Part shown: in pieces, positions 29,940 to 38,761 of the stretch
Numbering within the stretch: position 1 is the first letter of the stretch
Layout: the number at the start of each line of letters is the position of its first letter
Origin: Elusimicrobiota bacterium
GTDB lineage: Bacteria; CG03; SLGR01; JAGXOG01
DNA length: 64,000 nt
NCBI GenBank assembly: GCA_051745145.1
Contig: JBNJDT010000001.1
Coordinates: 25,899 to 89,898, forward strand
Direction: 5' to 3'
Position numbers and translations under genes: made by a program
The notes under the pieces: model-generated
Told to the model about the DNA's origin: nothing
The model's input: the letters and a program-made list of their open reading frames with translations, nothing else
Database searches by the model: none

Positions 29940-31640
29940 TTATCTATCAGTATATAGATATCTTTTTATTTTGCGGGTAGTTGTTTTCTGAAATTCTTCC
30001 TGCTGAATTTTAAAATATTTCACTTTCTTAAAAGCCGGTAAGTTTTCAGTATATTTTTTTATTTCTTGATTTATTATATTATAAATGGACTCTTTACTCT
30101 CTTCAACTTTCTTCTCGCTAAAATACTTATCTAAATTTTCATGATCCGGATAAATAAGAGCAGCTACTTTCTCATTTTTATTATCCATTTCCTTACCATA
30201 CACCATTGCTTCACTTATATAATCGCTGTGTTGTAACTTTGCTTCAATTTCTTCGGGGTATACATTTTTACCCGCCGCAGTAACAATAACGTTTTTAGAC
30301 CGGCCCTTAATGTACAGACAATTATTATCATCGATATAACCTATATCGCCAGTTTTGAGCCAGCCGTTATCCATAACTTTTCGAGTAGCTCTATCATTTT
30401 TAAAATAACCGCTCATTACGTTATCCCCCTTTGCTTCAATCTCCCCGTAACCTTTTTCGTTTTTATTTTTTATTCTAAGTTTAACTCCGTCAATTGGTTT
30501 GCCTACCGATTCTAAGCCGGCAGGAACTCTGTAATTTACGGTTAAAACCGGTGCCGTTTCTGTTAAACCATACCCCTGTACAAACTCTATCCCCAGCATA
30601 TCAAAAAAATCGCCGGTTGAGGGTACCAGCGGAGCTCCGCCGGAAACCATTAACCTGAGTGTACTGAGACCCGCTTTCTGCCTAACATTTTTAAATACCG
30701 CAGAACCGGCATTAATATTAACTTTATTTAAAACTTTATTAACCCCTTTAAAAGTTGTGAAAATTACCCGTTTTAAAATAGAAGAATTTTTTACTTTTCT
30801 GTTTATTGCATTTTTAAAAGAATCAAAAAGAGCCGGGACCCCAAGCATTACAGTAACTTTTTGGTCTTTCATATACCGGACAATTTTAGTGGCCCGAAGA
30901 GTATTAGAAAAAACTACTTTACTTCCCACCGCTAACGGGATTAACATGGTACCTGCGGCCGGGAATGCATGGAATAACGGCAAAATAGCTACAAATACAT
31001 CGTCTTTTTTAAATTTTATTATAGAAGGTATAGCATCTATCTGATGAAGTAAATTACCGTGAGTAAGAGAAACGCCTTTCGGAGACCCGGTTGTACCGGA
31101 AGTATATAAGATCGCCGCCAGATCATTCTTATCTCTTTTTTCTAAACCCGGATAATTGTCTATACCTTTTATATTAGTTTCGTTTTTAAGAATATTTTTT
31201 AAGCTCTTCTCCCCGTTATAGGGCCGGGATGTATCAGTTACTATAGCTTCTTTTATATTTAAACCCGATCTTATCTCCAGGTTTAAGCCATCATAAATTT
31301 TTGAATCCGTAAATAGAATATCGGCCTTGCTATGCCTCAGAAAATGGATATTATCACTGGCATGTAATTTAGTATCCAGCGGCACTACGGGAATACCTAA
31401 AAAATGGGCGGTAAAATATACTACTGTCCAGTAATGAGAATTTTCAGCTAACAGGGCTATCTTAGAATTATCATCTATTATACCGGCTTTTAATAAATAG
31501 CCGGAAAGCTTTAATACATCCTCCCTGAAATCCCCGTAAGTATATTTTTTATACCCATCATCGACCGGTTCTACATGGGCAATGCCGTCATTATAGAATT
31601 CTGTCCTATCAAGAAAAAATTGAGCTAAATTTTTATACAT
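29940..31640 (-). CDS. AMP-dependent synthetase/ligase (long-chain acyl-CoA synthetase-like)
   Basis: 566 aa. AMP-binding motif YTSGTTGSPKGV and a C-terminal adenylate-forming domain. Its start abuts the phoH2 stop. Confidence 0.8.
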   Translation of the reverse strand: MYKNLAQFFLDRTEFYNDGIAHVEPVDDGYKKYTYGDFREDVLKLSGYLLKAGIIDDNSKIALLAENSHYWTVVYFTAHFLGIPVVPLDTKLHASDNIHFLRHSKADILFTDSKIYDGLNLEIRSGLNIKEAIVTDTSRPYNGEKSLKNILKNETNIKGIDNYPGLEKRDKNDLAAILYTSGTTGSPKGVSLTHGNLLHQIDAIPSIIKFKKDDVFVAILPLFHAFPAAGTMLIPLAVGSKVVFSNTLRATKIVRYMKDQKVTVMLGVPALFDSFKNAINRKVKNSSILKRVIFTTFKGVNKVLNKVNINAGSAVFKNVRQKAGLSTLRLMVSGGAPLVPSTGDFFDMLGIEFVQGYGLTETAPVLTVNYRVPAGLESVGKPIDGVKLRIKNKNEKGYGEIEAKGDNVMSGYFKNDRATRKVMDNGWLKTGDIGYIDDNNCLYIKGRSKNVIVTAAGKNVYPEEIEAKLQHSDYISEAMVYGKEMDNKNEKVAALIYPDHENLDKYFSEKKVEESKESIYNIINQEIKKYTENLPAFKKVKYFKIQQEEFQKTTTRKIKRYLYTDR

Positions 31641-32981
31641 TTACAGTAATTCCGCCGCCAGACCGGCCAGATTACTCCTCTCGCTTTTAGATAAGGTAAC
31701 ATGCGCAAAAATATCCTGTCCTTTAAATCTTTCCGCCAGATATGTCAACCCGTTAGAAGCAGAATCCAGATAGGGGTTATCTATCTGGTAGGGATCCCCG
31801 GTAACAACCACTTTAGTATTTTTGCCGGCTCTGGAAACTATAGTCTTTATTTCCAGTGGAGTCAAATTCTGTGCTTCGTCAATTATCATAAACTGCTGGG
31901 GGATACTTCGCCCTCTTAAATACGTCAACGCCTCAATCTCTATTTTTCCGGTATCAAAAAGGTTATCCACTACATCCGAAGGTTTTAAATTTACATTGTT
32001 TTTCTTACTCTTACCGAAAGTTTTACCACTTTCTTCAACTAAAAATTCCAAGTTATCGTAAAAAGCTCCCATCCAGTTGGCAAGTTTTTCTTCTTTTGAA
32101 CCGGGTAGATAACCGATATCTTTTCCCATGGGAACAACTGGTCTGGATATCATAACCCGCCGGTATTTTTTTTCATCAAAAGTTAAATGCAGACCGCAGG
32201 CAAGAGCTATTAAGGTTTTTCCCGTGCCGGCCACCCCCAGCAAAGTTACCAGTTCAATATCGTCATTTAACATTGCTTCAAAAGCAAACTGCTGTTCTAC
32301 GTTTAAAGCTTTCAGACCCCACGGTCGACTCTGTGCGTGAGTAAGCTTTACTATAAGATCCTCCCGGGGCGAATACCGTCCCAGACCTGTCTTTTTATTA
32401 TCAGACTGTGATCTTAATTTTATAAATTCCTGTGGCGAAAGCTGTTTCTCTATATCCGCGGGAATGGGCATCTTCTTCTGGCTGAGAAATTCATCCACAA
32501 GGTTATCTTTTACTTCTAATTCTCGCCACCCGGAATATAATTCTTCAAACCGGACCTTAGCTTTTTCAAAGTCCTGAACTTCTAAACCCAGCACCTCTGC
32601 TTTTACCCGCATATTAATATCTTTAGATATAAATATTACATTTTTACCGCTCTCTTTTAGGCCCAGGGCCACGGCAAGTATCTCATTATCAGCCTTTTTT
32701 ACCAGGGAAGTGGGAATATCGGCTTTTTTATCTGCTTCAATTCTTATGATTCCCCCTTTATCGGTCTTTACGCCTTCAAAAAGTTTGCCCTTATTTCTTA
32801 AATTATCCAATCTCCTGGTTATCAGGCGGGCATTCCGGCCCCGTTCATCCGATAATTTTTTTAATTTGTCAAGCTCCTCTATTACTGTAAGAGGTAAAAC
32901 AACTTCATTATCTTCAAAGTTATAAAGACTTCCCGGGTCATGGATTAAGACATTGGTATCCAGTACAAATGATTTATTCAT
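31641..32981 (-). CDS. PhoH2: N-terminal PIN domain fused to PhoH-like ATPase
   Basis: 446 aa. PIN (VLDTNVLIHDP...D), then Walker A GVAGTGKTLIA and Walker B MIIDEAQN of the PhoH family. Confidence 0.8.
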   Translation of the reverse strand: MNKSFVLDTNVLIHDPGSLYNFEDNEVVLPLTVIEELDKLKKLSDERGRNARLITRRLDNLRNKGKLFEGVKTDKGGIIRIEADKKADIPTSLVKKADNEILAVALGLKESGKNVIFISKDINMRVKAEVLGLEVQDFEKAKVRFEELYSGWRELEVKDNLVDEFLSQKKMPIPADIEKQLSPQEFIKLRSQSDNKKTGLGRYSPREDLIVKLTHAQSRPWGLKALNVEQQFAFEAMLNDDIELVTLLGVAGTGKTLIALACGLHLTFDEKKYRRVMISRPVVPMGKDIGYLPGSKEEKLANWMGAFYDNLEFLVEESGKTFGKSKKNNVNLKPSDVVDNLFDTGKIEIEALTYLRGRSIPQQFMIIDEAQNLTPLEIKTIVSRAGKNTKVVVTGDPYQIDNPYLDSASNGLTYLAERFKGQDIFAHVTLSKSERSNLAGLAAELL

Positions 32982-33916
32982 AAGATATCACCTAACTCCT
33001 CTTTATCCAATTCATAAAATTTACACCATTTACAAAACCGCTTTTGATCGGTCAGAGGGAATTTCTCCTTGGCACAGGGGATATTTTTATCGGGATCTTT
33101 TAAATACTTTTTCATATCCTCTATACTCCGGGAAACTTTCTCTTTTGCCTCTTCCAGAGATTTTTCGGTTATCTTTACTTCTCTTGTACTGCCGTTTAAA
33201 AGATATTCCACTCTTCCCTTCATAAGATCGGCCGAAATACCGAATTTATTTTTAATATAAAGGGCGTATAAATTAAGTTGATCGTCGTGTTTATCGTATT
33301 CTTTACCGGTTTTCCAATCCACTACATACCAATCTCCCGCCTCATCGGTATAAACTAAATCCGGAATGGCGTATACCGGTGTACCCTTAAAGTTGAATGT
33401 ATCCATATTTTCCACCATCTCCAAACTGCAAGACTGCTTTACCAAGTCATTAATAGACGGTGATTCATAAAGATTATCCACTGCCTTATATAGTCTGTTT
33501 TTTATCTTTTTTATTAAATTATCCGACAGTCCATTGCCATAGTAAAACTCCTGCAGCATAAAATATTGATTGGGACTGGCCTTCCACTTATGCGGTTCCC
33601 GGGACTCTTTCCAGGCCTGATTAAGCAGATACCTTACCTTGTCTATTAACTTTTTTTTGTCCGGATATTCTCCGGTACTATCTACAATTTTACAAGCATA
33701 TTCAGCTACTTCATGAACGGCACTTCCCAGTATAAGATATATTCCGGTAAGTTTCTTAAGCCGGTAGGCCAGTTTACACTCTTCGGGGGCACTGTCCTCC
33801 CACCCGTTGTGAGCTAAATAATAATTGTAATAGTATTTTCTTTTACATTCCTGAAAAGTATTATTCCTTGAAGACGACCAGCTCCACGGAGGATATTTTG
33901 TTCTTTGATATGTCAT
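32978..33916 (-). CDS. Cas4-like PD-(D/E)xK nuclease with 4-Cys (Fe-S) cluster
   Basis: 312 aa. N-terminal Cys (QECKRKYYY), nuclease core IPDLVY...WYVVDWKTG, C-terminal CAKEKF...CKWCKF. Its stop overlaps the phoH2 start by 4 nt. Confidence 0.65.
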   Translation of the reverse strand: MTYQRTKYPPWSWSSSRNNTFQECKRKYYYNYYLAHNGWEDSAPEECKLAYRLKKLTGIYLILGSAVHEVAEYACKIVDSTGEYPDKKKLIDKVRYLLNQAWKESREPHKWKASPNQYFMLQEFYYGNGLSDNLIKKIKNRLYKAVDNLYESPSINDLVKQSCSLEMVENMDTFNFKGTPVYAIPDLVYTDEAGDWYVVDWKTGKEYDKHDDQLNLYALYIKNKFGISADLMKGRVEYLLNGSTREVKITEKSLEEAKEKVSRSIEDMKKYLKDPDKNIPCAKEKFPLTDQKRFCKWCKFYELDKEELGDIL

Positions 33917-34041
33917 TTATTACCTTCCCGTATTATATATTTATTTACACTTAACATTTAATTCCTAATTATAGCAATTATTTTAAAAAATCTCAATTTT
34001 GCTCTAAATATATAAACTGATTTTTAAAATATAATATAATT

Positions 34042-34800
34042 TTATCCGGATATTTCAAAAAATTTTCTGGCATTATTGAAAGTAAGTTTTTTTATCTGCT
34101 GCGGAGTTTTACCTCTAATTTCACTTAAACAGCGGGCCGTATATTTTACATAGCCGGGCTGGTTACGCTTTCCTCTTAACGGAGAGGGCGAAAGATACGG
34201 TGAATCAGTTTCCAACAACAGTTTATCCACAGGAATTCTTTTTACCGCAGCCCTTAGAGAATCAGTATTTGAGAAAGTTACTACTCCTCCGAGTGCTATA
34301 TAATACCCTCTTTTAAGTAATTCATCTAATTCCCCGGACGTCCCTGTAAAACAATGAATGAGTATCTTTTGGTCTTTAAAGTTATCTAAAATATTTAACG
34401 TATCTTTAAACGCCTTTCGGGAATGAATTATCACAGGCAAGTTTTTGTCCCGGGCGAGATCAAGCTGTTTTTCAAAGACTTTTCTTTGTATTTGGGTGGA
34501 GGAATTTTTGTAATAAAAATCAAGGCCTATCTCTCCAACGGCAACAATTTTTCTCTTATTAAAAATTTCATTCAACGTATCACTGTGTTTACTGAAATTT
34601 TTTACAGAATGGGGATGTATCCCGGCGGCCCCCCAGATATTCTTTTCTTCCAACAACCTGTTAAAGGTCTGTATATCCTCTCCGGGTTCAAATATACATA
34701 TAATACCCCCTAAATTTTTAATAATTTCAAACCGGTCTTTTTTAAACCTCTCATCCACCAAGTGCGCGTGAGTATCGAAATATCCGGTATCCGTATTCAT
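34042..34800 (-). CDS. tatD: TatD family metal-dependent hydrolase (DNase)
   Basis: 252 aa. N-terminal DTHAHL motif, with conserved His and Asp residues of the TIM-barrel TatD fold. Confidence 0.8.
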   Translation of the reverse strand: MNTDTGYFDTHAHLVDERFKKDRFEIIKNLGGIICIFEPGEDIQTFNRLLEEKNIWGAAGIHPHSVKNFSKHSDTLNEIFNKRKIVAVGEIGLDFYYKNSSTQIQRKVFEKQLDLARDKNLPVIIHSRKAFKDTLNILDNFKDQKILIHCFTGTSGELDELLKRGYYIALGGVVTFSNTDSLRAAVKRIPVDKLLLETDSPYLSPSPLRGKRNQPGYVKYTARCLSEIRGKTPQQIKKLTFNNARKFFEISG

Positions 34801-34801
34801 T

Positions 34802-35494
34802 TTAACCGTCTTCTATAAGTATGTCGTGAAGTTTTTTAAAATCGACAAATTTACTGCTCTTTTTATCCATAATTCTCATATTATCGCAGTTCATAGTATC
34901 TATGACAGCTACCCGGTTGTCTCTTTCCCCAAACTCCACTTTTATATCTACAAGTTCTAAACCGTATTTTTCCAGATCCTCATTTATTATCCGGGCCACT
35001 TTTTTAGTAAGGGCTTTAGTTTTTTTTAAATTTTGCGGTGAAATTATATCCAGTTCCAACAGAGTTTCATCATTTATAAGGGGGTCATGTTTTTTATCGT
35101 CTTTTATAGTTATTTCCACCAGATAATTCAGCTTTTTAAATTTTTCGATATAATTTTCATAACGCCTTAAAAAACTTCCAAATGCCCTAAGTCTACATAT
35201 AAACTCCAATCCCTGACCAAAAATTTTAGATTTTTCAACTAAAATCGCCGTTTTTTCTTCTATAGTTTCAAGATAGTGATTCTCAATTCCTCTATCGGAA
35301 AGAAGTTGAAAAAAATATTCGGTGAGTTTCATACAGTAGTATTTTTTACCTTCTATATTCCCTACGACCTGATCTCCCCCGGAATCAGGTTGACCGTTAT
35401 TTCCCAGCACGGTATCCCGGAACTTCATAAGCAGCCGGTTATTTGAATGGGGAATTACTACTTTTGTCTTGCCCTTATAGAGTTTTTGGTCCAT
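34802..35494 (-). CDS. purC: Phosphoribosylaminoimidazole-succinocarboxamide synthase (SAICAR synthetase)
   Basis: 230 aa. LYKGKTKVV..., LVDIKVEFG and a D...R.MD block align with E. coli PurC motifs. Confidence 0.75.
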   Translation of the reverse strand: MDQKLYKGKTKVVIPHSNNRLLMKFRDTVLGNNGQPDSGGDQVVGNIEGKKYYCMKLTEYFFQLLSDRGIENHYLETIEEKTAILVEKSKIFGQGLEFICRLRAFGSFLRRYENYIEKFKKLNYLVEITIKDDKKHDPLINDETLLELDIISPQNLKKTKALTKKVARIINEDLEKYGLELVDIKVEFGERDNRVAVIDTMNCDNMRIMDKKSSKFVDFKKLHDILIEDG

Positions 35495-37368
35495 TAACTT
35501 TTCAACTCAAAGGGAGAGATATAAGACCCGTATTTTTCTTCTGCTTCACGGAGGCGGGTCTTCTGCTTATTAAGAGCATCAAACAATTTTTGGGGAGTAT
35601 CTTTAATATCCTCATATATTTTTACTATTCTCTCTATTTTATCCAGGAGTTCGGGCACTCTTACGGTAAACTGCTCTTCATAATCCTTTTTACTGTAAGA
35701 TTTATTCAGAACCTCCCGGAAAAGCTCTTTTAAATCAGCATAGACAGGGATATATCCTGTAGGCGTCTTAATAGCCTCTACTTCGTCATTAACTCTAAGT
35801 TCCATCCATTTTAGCCAGACTTTTTTGTCTTCTATGGCATTTAAAAACTCCCCTTTATCATTTCTGAGAAAATAGTTTGCTGAAAAAATACTGGGAACAG
35901 AATCAATATTCTGGGGAACATTACAATTTTGCTCGAGGTATTCATTAATCGGCACCGACATAAAATCTAAATTTGACATAAGATTAAACTTTCTTACGCC
36001 CTCTTCTCCTAAAGTTGCCGCTGTAGTCTCCGATTCAAGAGTTGCCCCTTTGGTAAGAATGCCGTGCTCCCAGTTATAGGCTTCCTCTACGGGTACGCAG
36101 GTATCCGAATCTCTTCCCCCGTATATAACCCCGCCTACCGGCACCCCGTCCGGATCGTCGGCCCGTTCATCCTGATTATCCAGTTCACTTATACTTATAG
36201 TAAACCGGGCATTTTTATGGGATGGGGTTACCGGCCTGCCGTTTTCATCCTTTTTATCTTTATGCCACTCTCCGGAATAATTTATGCCGGACTCCGGTTT
36301 TTCCCGCTGATCGCCCAACCAGTAGGGTTTACCGTCTTTAATTAATACATTGGAAAAGATCACTTCCCCTTCGGAATTTATAGCATCCCAGATAACCGGC
36401 TGGCCCTCTTTGTTAACATCTCTTATTATGCCGAAAATACCTTTCTCAACATTTACAGCTCTCAATTTTCCGGCGATAGGACGCAAATAAGCTATATCAT
36501 CCCCCACTATAGTTTCTCCATTTATCATGGCCGTGGAAGTTTTCCCGCAGGCCGAAGGATAAGCTCCCGTAAAATATGTTATCCTCTCTTTGGGACCGTG
36601 TACCCCCATTACAAACATATGTTCGGTAAGCCAATCTTCAGATACGGCTTTATTAATTGCCAGTCTCATGGCCAGTTTCTTTAACCCTACCGTATTACCG
36701 GCATACTGGGTATTTGTAGTATAAACTGTATTTTCCCCAAGATCTATATAGACTCTGCGTTTGTCAATCTCTTTAGAAACTCCGTTTTCAAGTATTCCGG
36801 CAGTATGTACAAATTTAAAGAAATCCTCCCCCTCGCCGGTCTTTAAAAACTGGTCATACCCCGTTCTGTAAAGAATTCCTTCAGAATGCATAACGTAACT
36901 GGAATCAGTTATCTGAAGAGCGGGAAGAGAAAACTCCGAATTTCTGGGCCCAAGGCAGAAAAAACCCACATACATTTCTTTCCCTTCCATAGAATCTTTT
37001 AAATATTGGTGTACTTCCTTTAAACCTTCTTCTCTTTGGGTACTATTTATATTACTGCCTATTTCAGTCCGGGGTGTTACAAGATATTTAGTATTTTCCT
37101 TATCCCGGGCCTGGTCGTTTTTACCGTCAAAATGGACAGTATGACCATCGGTTTTCAACTCTTTTTCTTCACCGTTTTCTATGGCCTTAGTCCTAATGTA
37201 ATCAGCATCCTCCGGGGAATCTCCTCTCACAAATACAGAATCGGGATTACAGTGTTTTACATACTTTGCTATGAAATTCACAACTTTTTCGCCGGGAATA
37301 TTTTTCAGCTTCGCAAAACTCTCTTCACTACATTTTTTTCTTAAAAGTTTTTCAATTTCTTTGTTCAT
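35494..37368 (-). CDS. pckG: Phosphoenolpyruvate carboxykinase (GTP)
   Basis: 624 aa. GTP-PEPCK length and kinase-1a P-loop (YPSACGKTSTAM). Confidence 0.8.
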   Translation of the reverse strand: MNKEIEKLLRKKCSEESFAKLKNIPGEKVVNFIAKYVKHCNPDSVFVRGDSPEDADYIRTKAIENGEEKELKTDGHTVHFDGKNDQARDKENTKYLVTPRTEIGSNINSTQREEGLKEVHQYLKDSMEGKEMYVGFFCLGPRNSEFSLPALQITDSSYVMHSEGILYRTGYDQFLKTGEGEDFFKFVHTAGILENGVSKEIDKRRVYIDLGENTVYTTNTQYAGNTVGLKKLAMRLAINKAVSEDWLTEHMFVMGVHGPKERITYFTGAYPSACGKTSTAMINGETIVGDDIAYLRPIAGKLRAVNVEKGIFGIIRDVNKEGQPVIWDAINSEGEVIFSNVLIKDGKPYWLGDQREKPESGINYSGEWHKDKKDENGRPVTPSHKNARFTISISELDNQDERADDPDGVPVGGVIYGGRDSDTCVPVEEAYNWEHGILTKGATLESETTAATLGEEGVRKFNLMSNLDFMSVPINEYLEQNCNVPQNIDSVPSIFSANYFLRNDKGEFLNAIEDKKVWLKWMELRVNDEVEAIKTPTGYIPVYADLKELFREVLNKSYSKKDYEEQFTVRVPELLDKIERIVKIYEDIKDTPQKLFDALNKQKTRLREAEEKYGSYISPFELKS

Positions 37369-37453
37369 AATATTCTCCTATTTTTTTTACTGCTTTTAAT
37401 TAATTATACTCTGATATTTTAGGGGGTTTATTATCTAAATTTAAGACCATTTG

Positions 37454-38380
37454 TCAAATAAGAAAGATTAAATATATAATATATCCGGCTAAAAGTATGG
37501 CTCCGCCCCAGCGTTCTATCTTTTCCCCCAAAAAGGCCGCCGGAAATAAAAGTAAAGTAAATATCAAAACAGCAGGGGCCTGAAAAAGATATTCTCCTTT
37601 TACAATATTTACAGGTGAAATTATACTTGCCCCTCCGGCAATCAAAAATGTATTTATTATATTGGAGCCCACTATTGTACCCAGGCTTATTTCCGGTTTT
37701 TTCTTTATACTGCCTGAAAGAACAACGGCAACTTCCGGAAGAGAAGTCCCCACTGCCACGGCAGTTATTCCGATAATCGCCTCGGAAATTCCGAAATTCA
37801 CAGCAATTTCAGTAGCTGTATCTACAATTATCTTAGCTCCGAAATACAGACCGGTCGCCCCGGCAATAAAAAATATTATCCCCCAGCTTAAAGATTTTTG
37901 GGATACCCGGGCTTCTTTATCCAGCCGGGAATCCAATTTATGCCTGTATATTAGGAAAAAAACATATAAGACAAAAGCTATTATAAAAAATTTTCCTTCA
38001 AATCCTGTAAAAACCAGATCCCGGGTTACTATAAATAAACCCAGAGCTGAAATTAATAATATCCAGTAATCGTATTTTTTTACATCTTTTTCCACAGGTA
38101 CCGGAAACACAAAAGCTCCCAATCCCAGGGCCAATCCTATGTTTGCAATATTAGAGCCCACTACATTCCCCAGGGAGATATTGGAACTTCCCACACCGGC
38201 GGCCAGCCAGGATACTATTAATTCCGGCAAAGATGTGCCTACGGCTCCCACAGTTAAACCTATAATAAGAGTAGATACTCCCAGAGAACCGGCTATCATG
38301 CTCCCGCCTTCAATAAATTTATTTGCCCCAAACCACAAAAACATTATACCTAAAAAAAATAATGCTATTGAATACAGCAT
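37454..38380 (-). CDS. Ca2+/Na+ antiporter (CaCA family, YrbG-like)
   Basis: 308 aa. Two alpha-repeats with GTSLPEL/GTSLPEV motifs and about 10 TM helices. Confidence 0.8.
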   Translation of the reverse strand: MLYSIALFFLGIMFLWFGANKFIEGGSMIAGSLGVSTLIIGLTVGAVGTSLPELIVSWLAAGVGSSNISLGNVVGSNIANIGLALGLGAFVFPVPVEKDVKKYDYWILLISALGLFIVTRDLVFTGFEGKFFIIAFVLYVFFLIYRHKLDSRLDKEARVSQKSLSWGIIFFIAGATGLYFGAKIIVDTATEIAVNFGISEAIIGITAVAVGTSLPEVAVVLSGSIKKKPEISLGTIVGSNIINTFLIAGGASIISPVNIVKGEYLFQAPAVLIFTLLLFPAAFLGEKIERWGGAILLAGYIIYLIFLI

Positions 38381-38641
38381 TTTAAGCCGGAATTCCTATA
38401 TATATTACCGATGCTATAGTATTTTTTTTGGCCACTTTTTACCTAAAACTTCTTTTATATAATATGTTTATCATCTTTTTTCTCTGCAGTCCTGATTTAA
38501 CTTCCCGTAATTATAATTTAATATCCTGTTTTATTGTTCTAATTTTTTACATATCCCGAACTTTAAAGTCAAATTACCTTAGACCGCTGCTATTAACTCT
38601 AATAATTTTATATAGATAATTAATTTGCCTGACTTTTATAT

Positions 38642-38673
38642 TTGCAAAAAAAAAATAAAATTGTTATTATAAT
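38642..38673 (+). promoter_or_regulatory. Putative sigma70-type promoter for the giant adhesin operon
   Basis: TTGCAA, 17-nt spacer, then TATTAT (with TATAAT 3 nt further), about 90 nt upstream of the ATG at 38762 in an AT-rich leader. Confidence 0.3.
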
Positions 38674-38761
38674 GGGGAATAATGAGAATAATTAATTAAA
38701 ATTTTTATATTAATAATGCTATTATTTTATCTAAAATTTATTATTAGTTAAATGAAAATCC

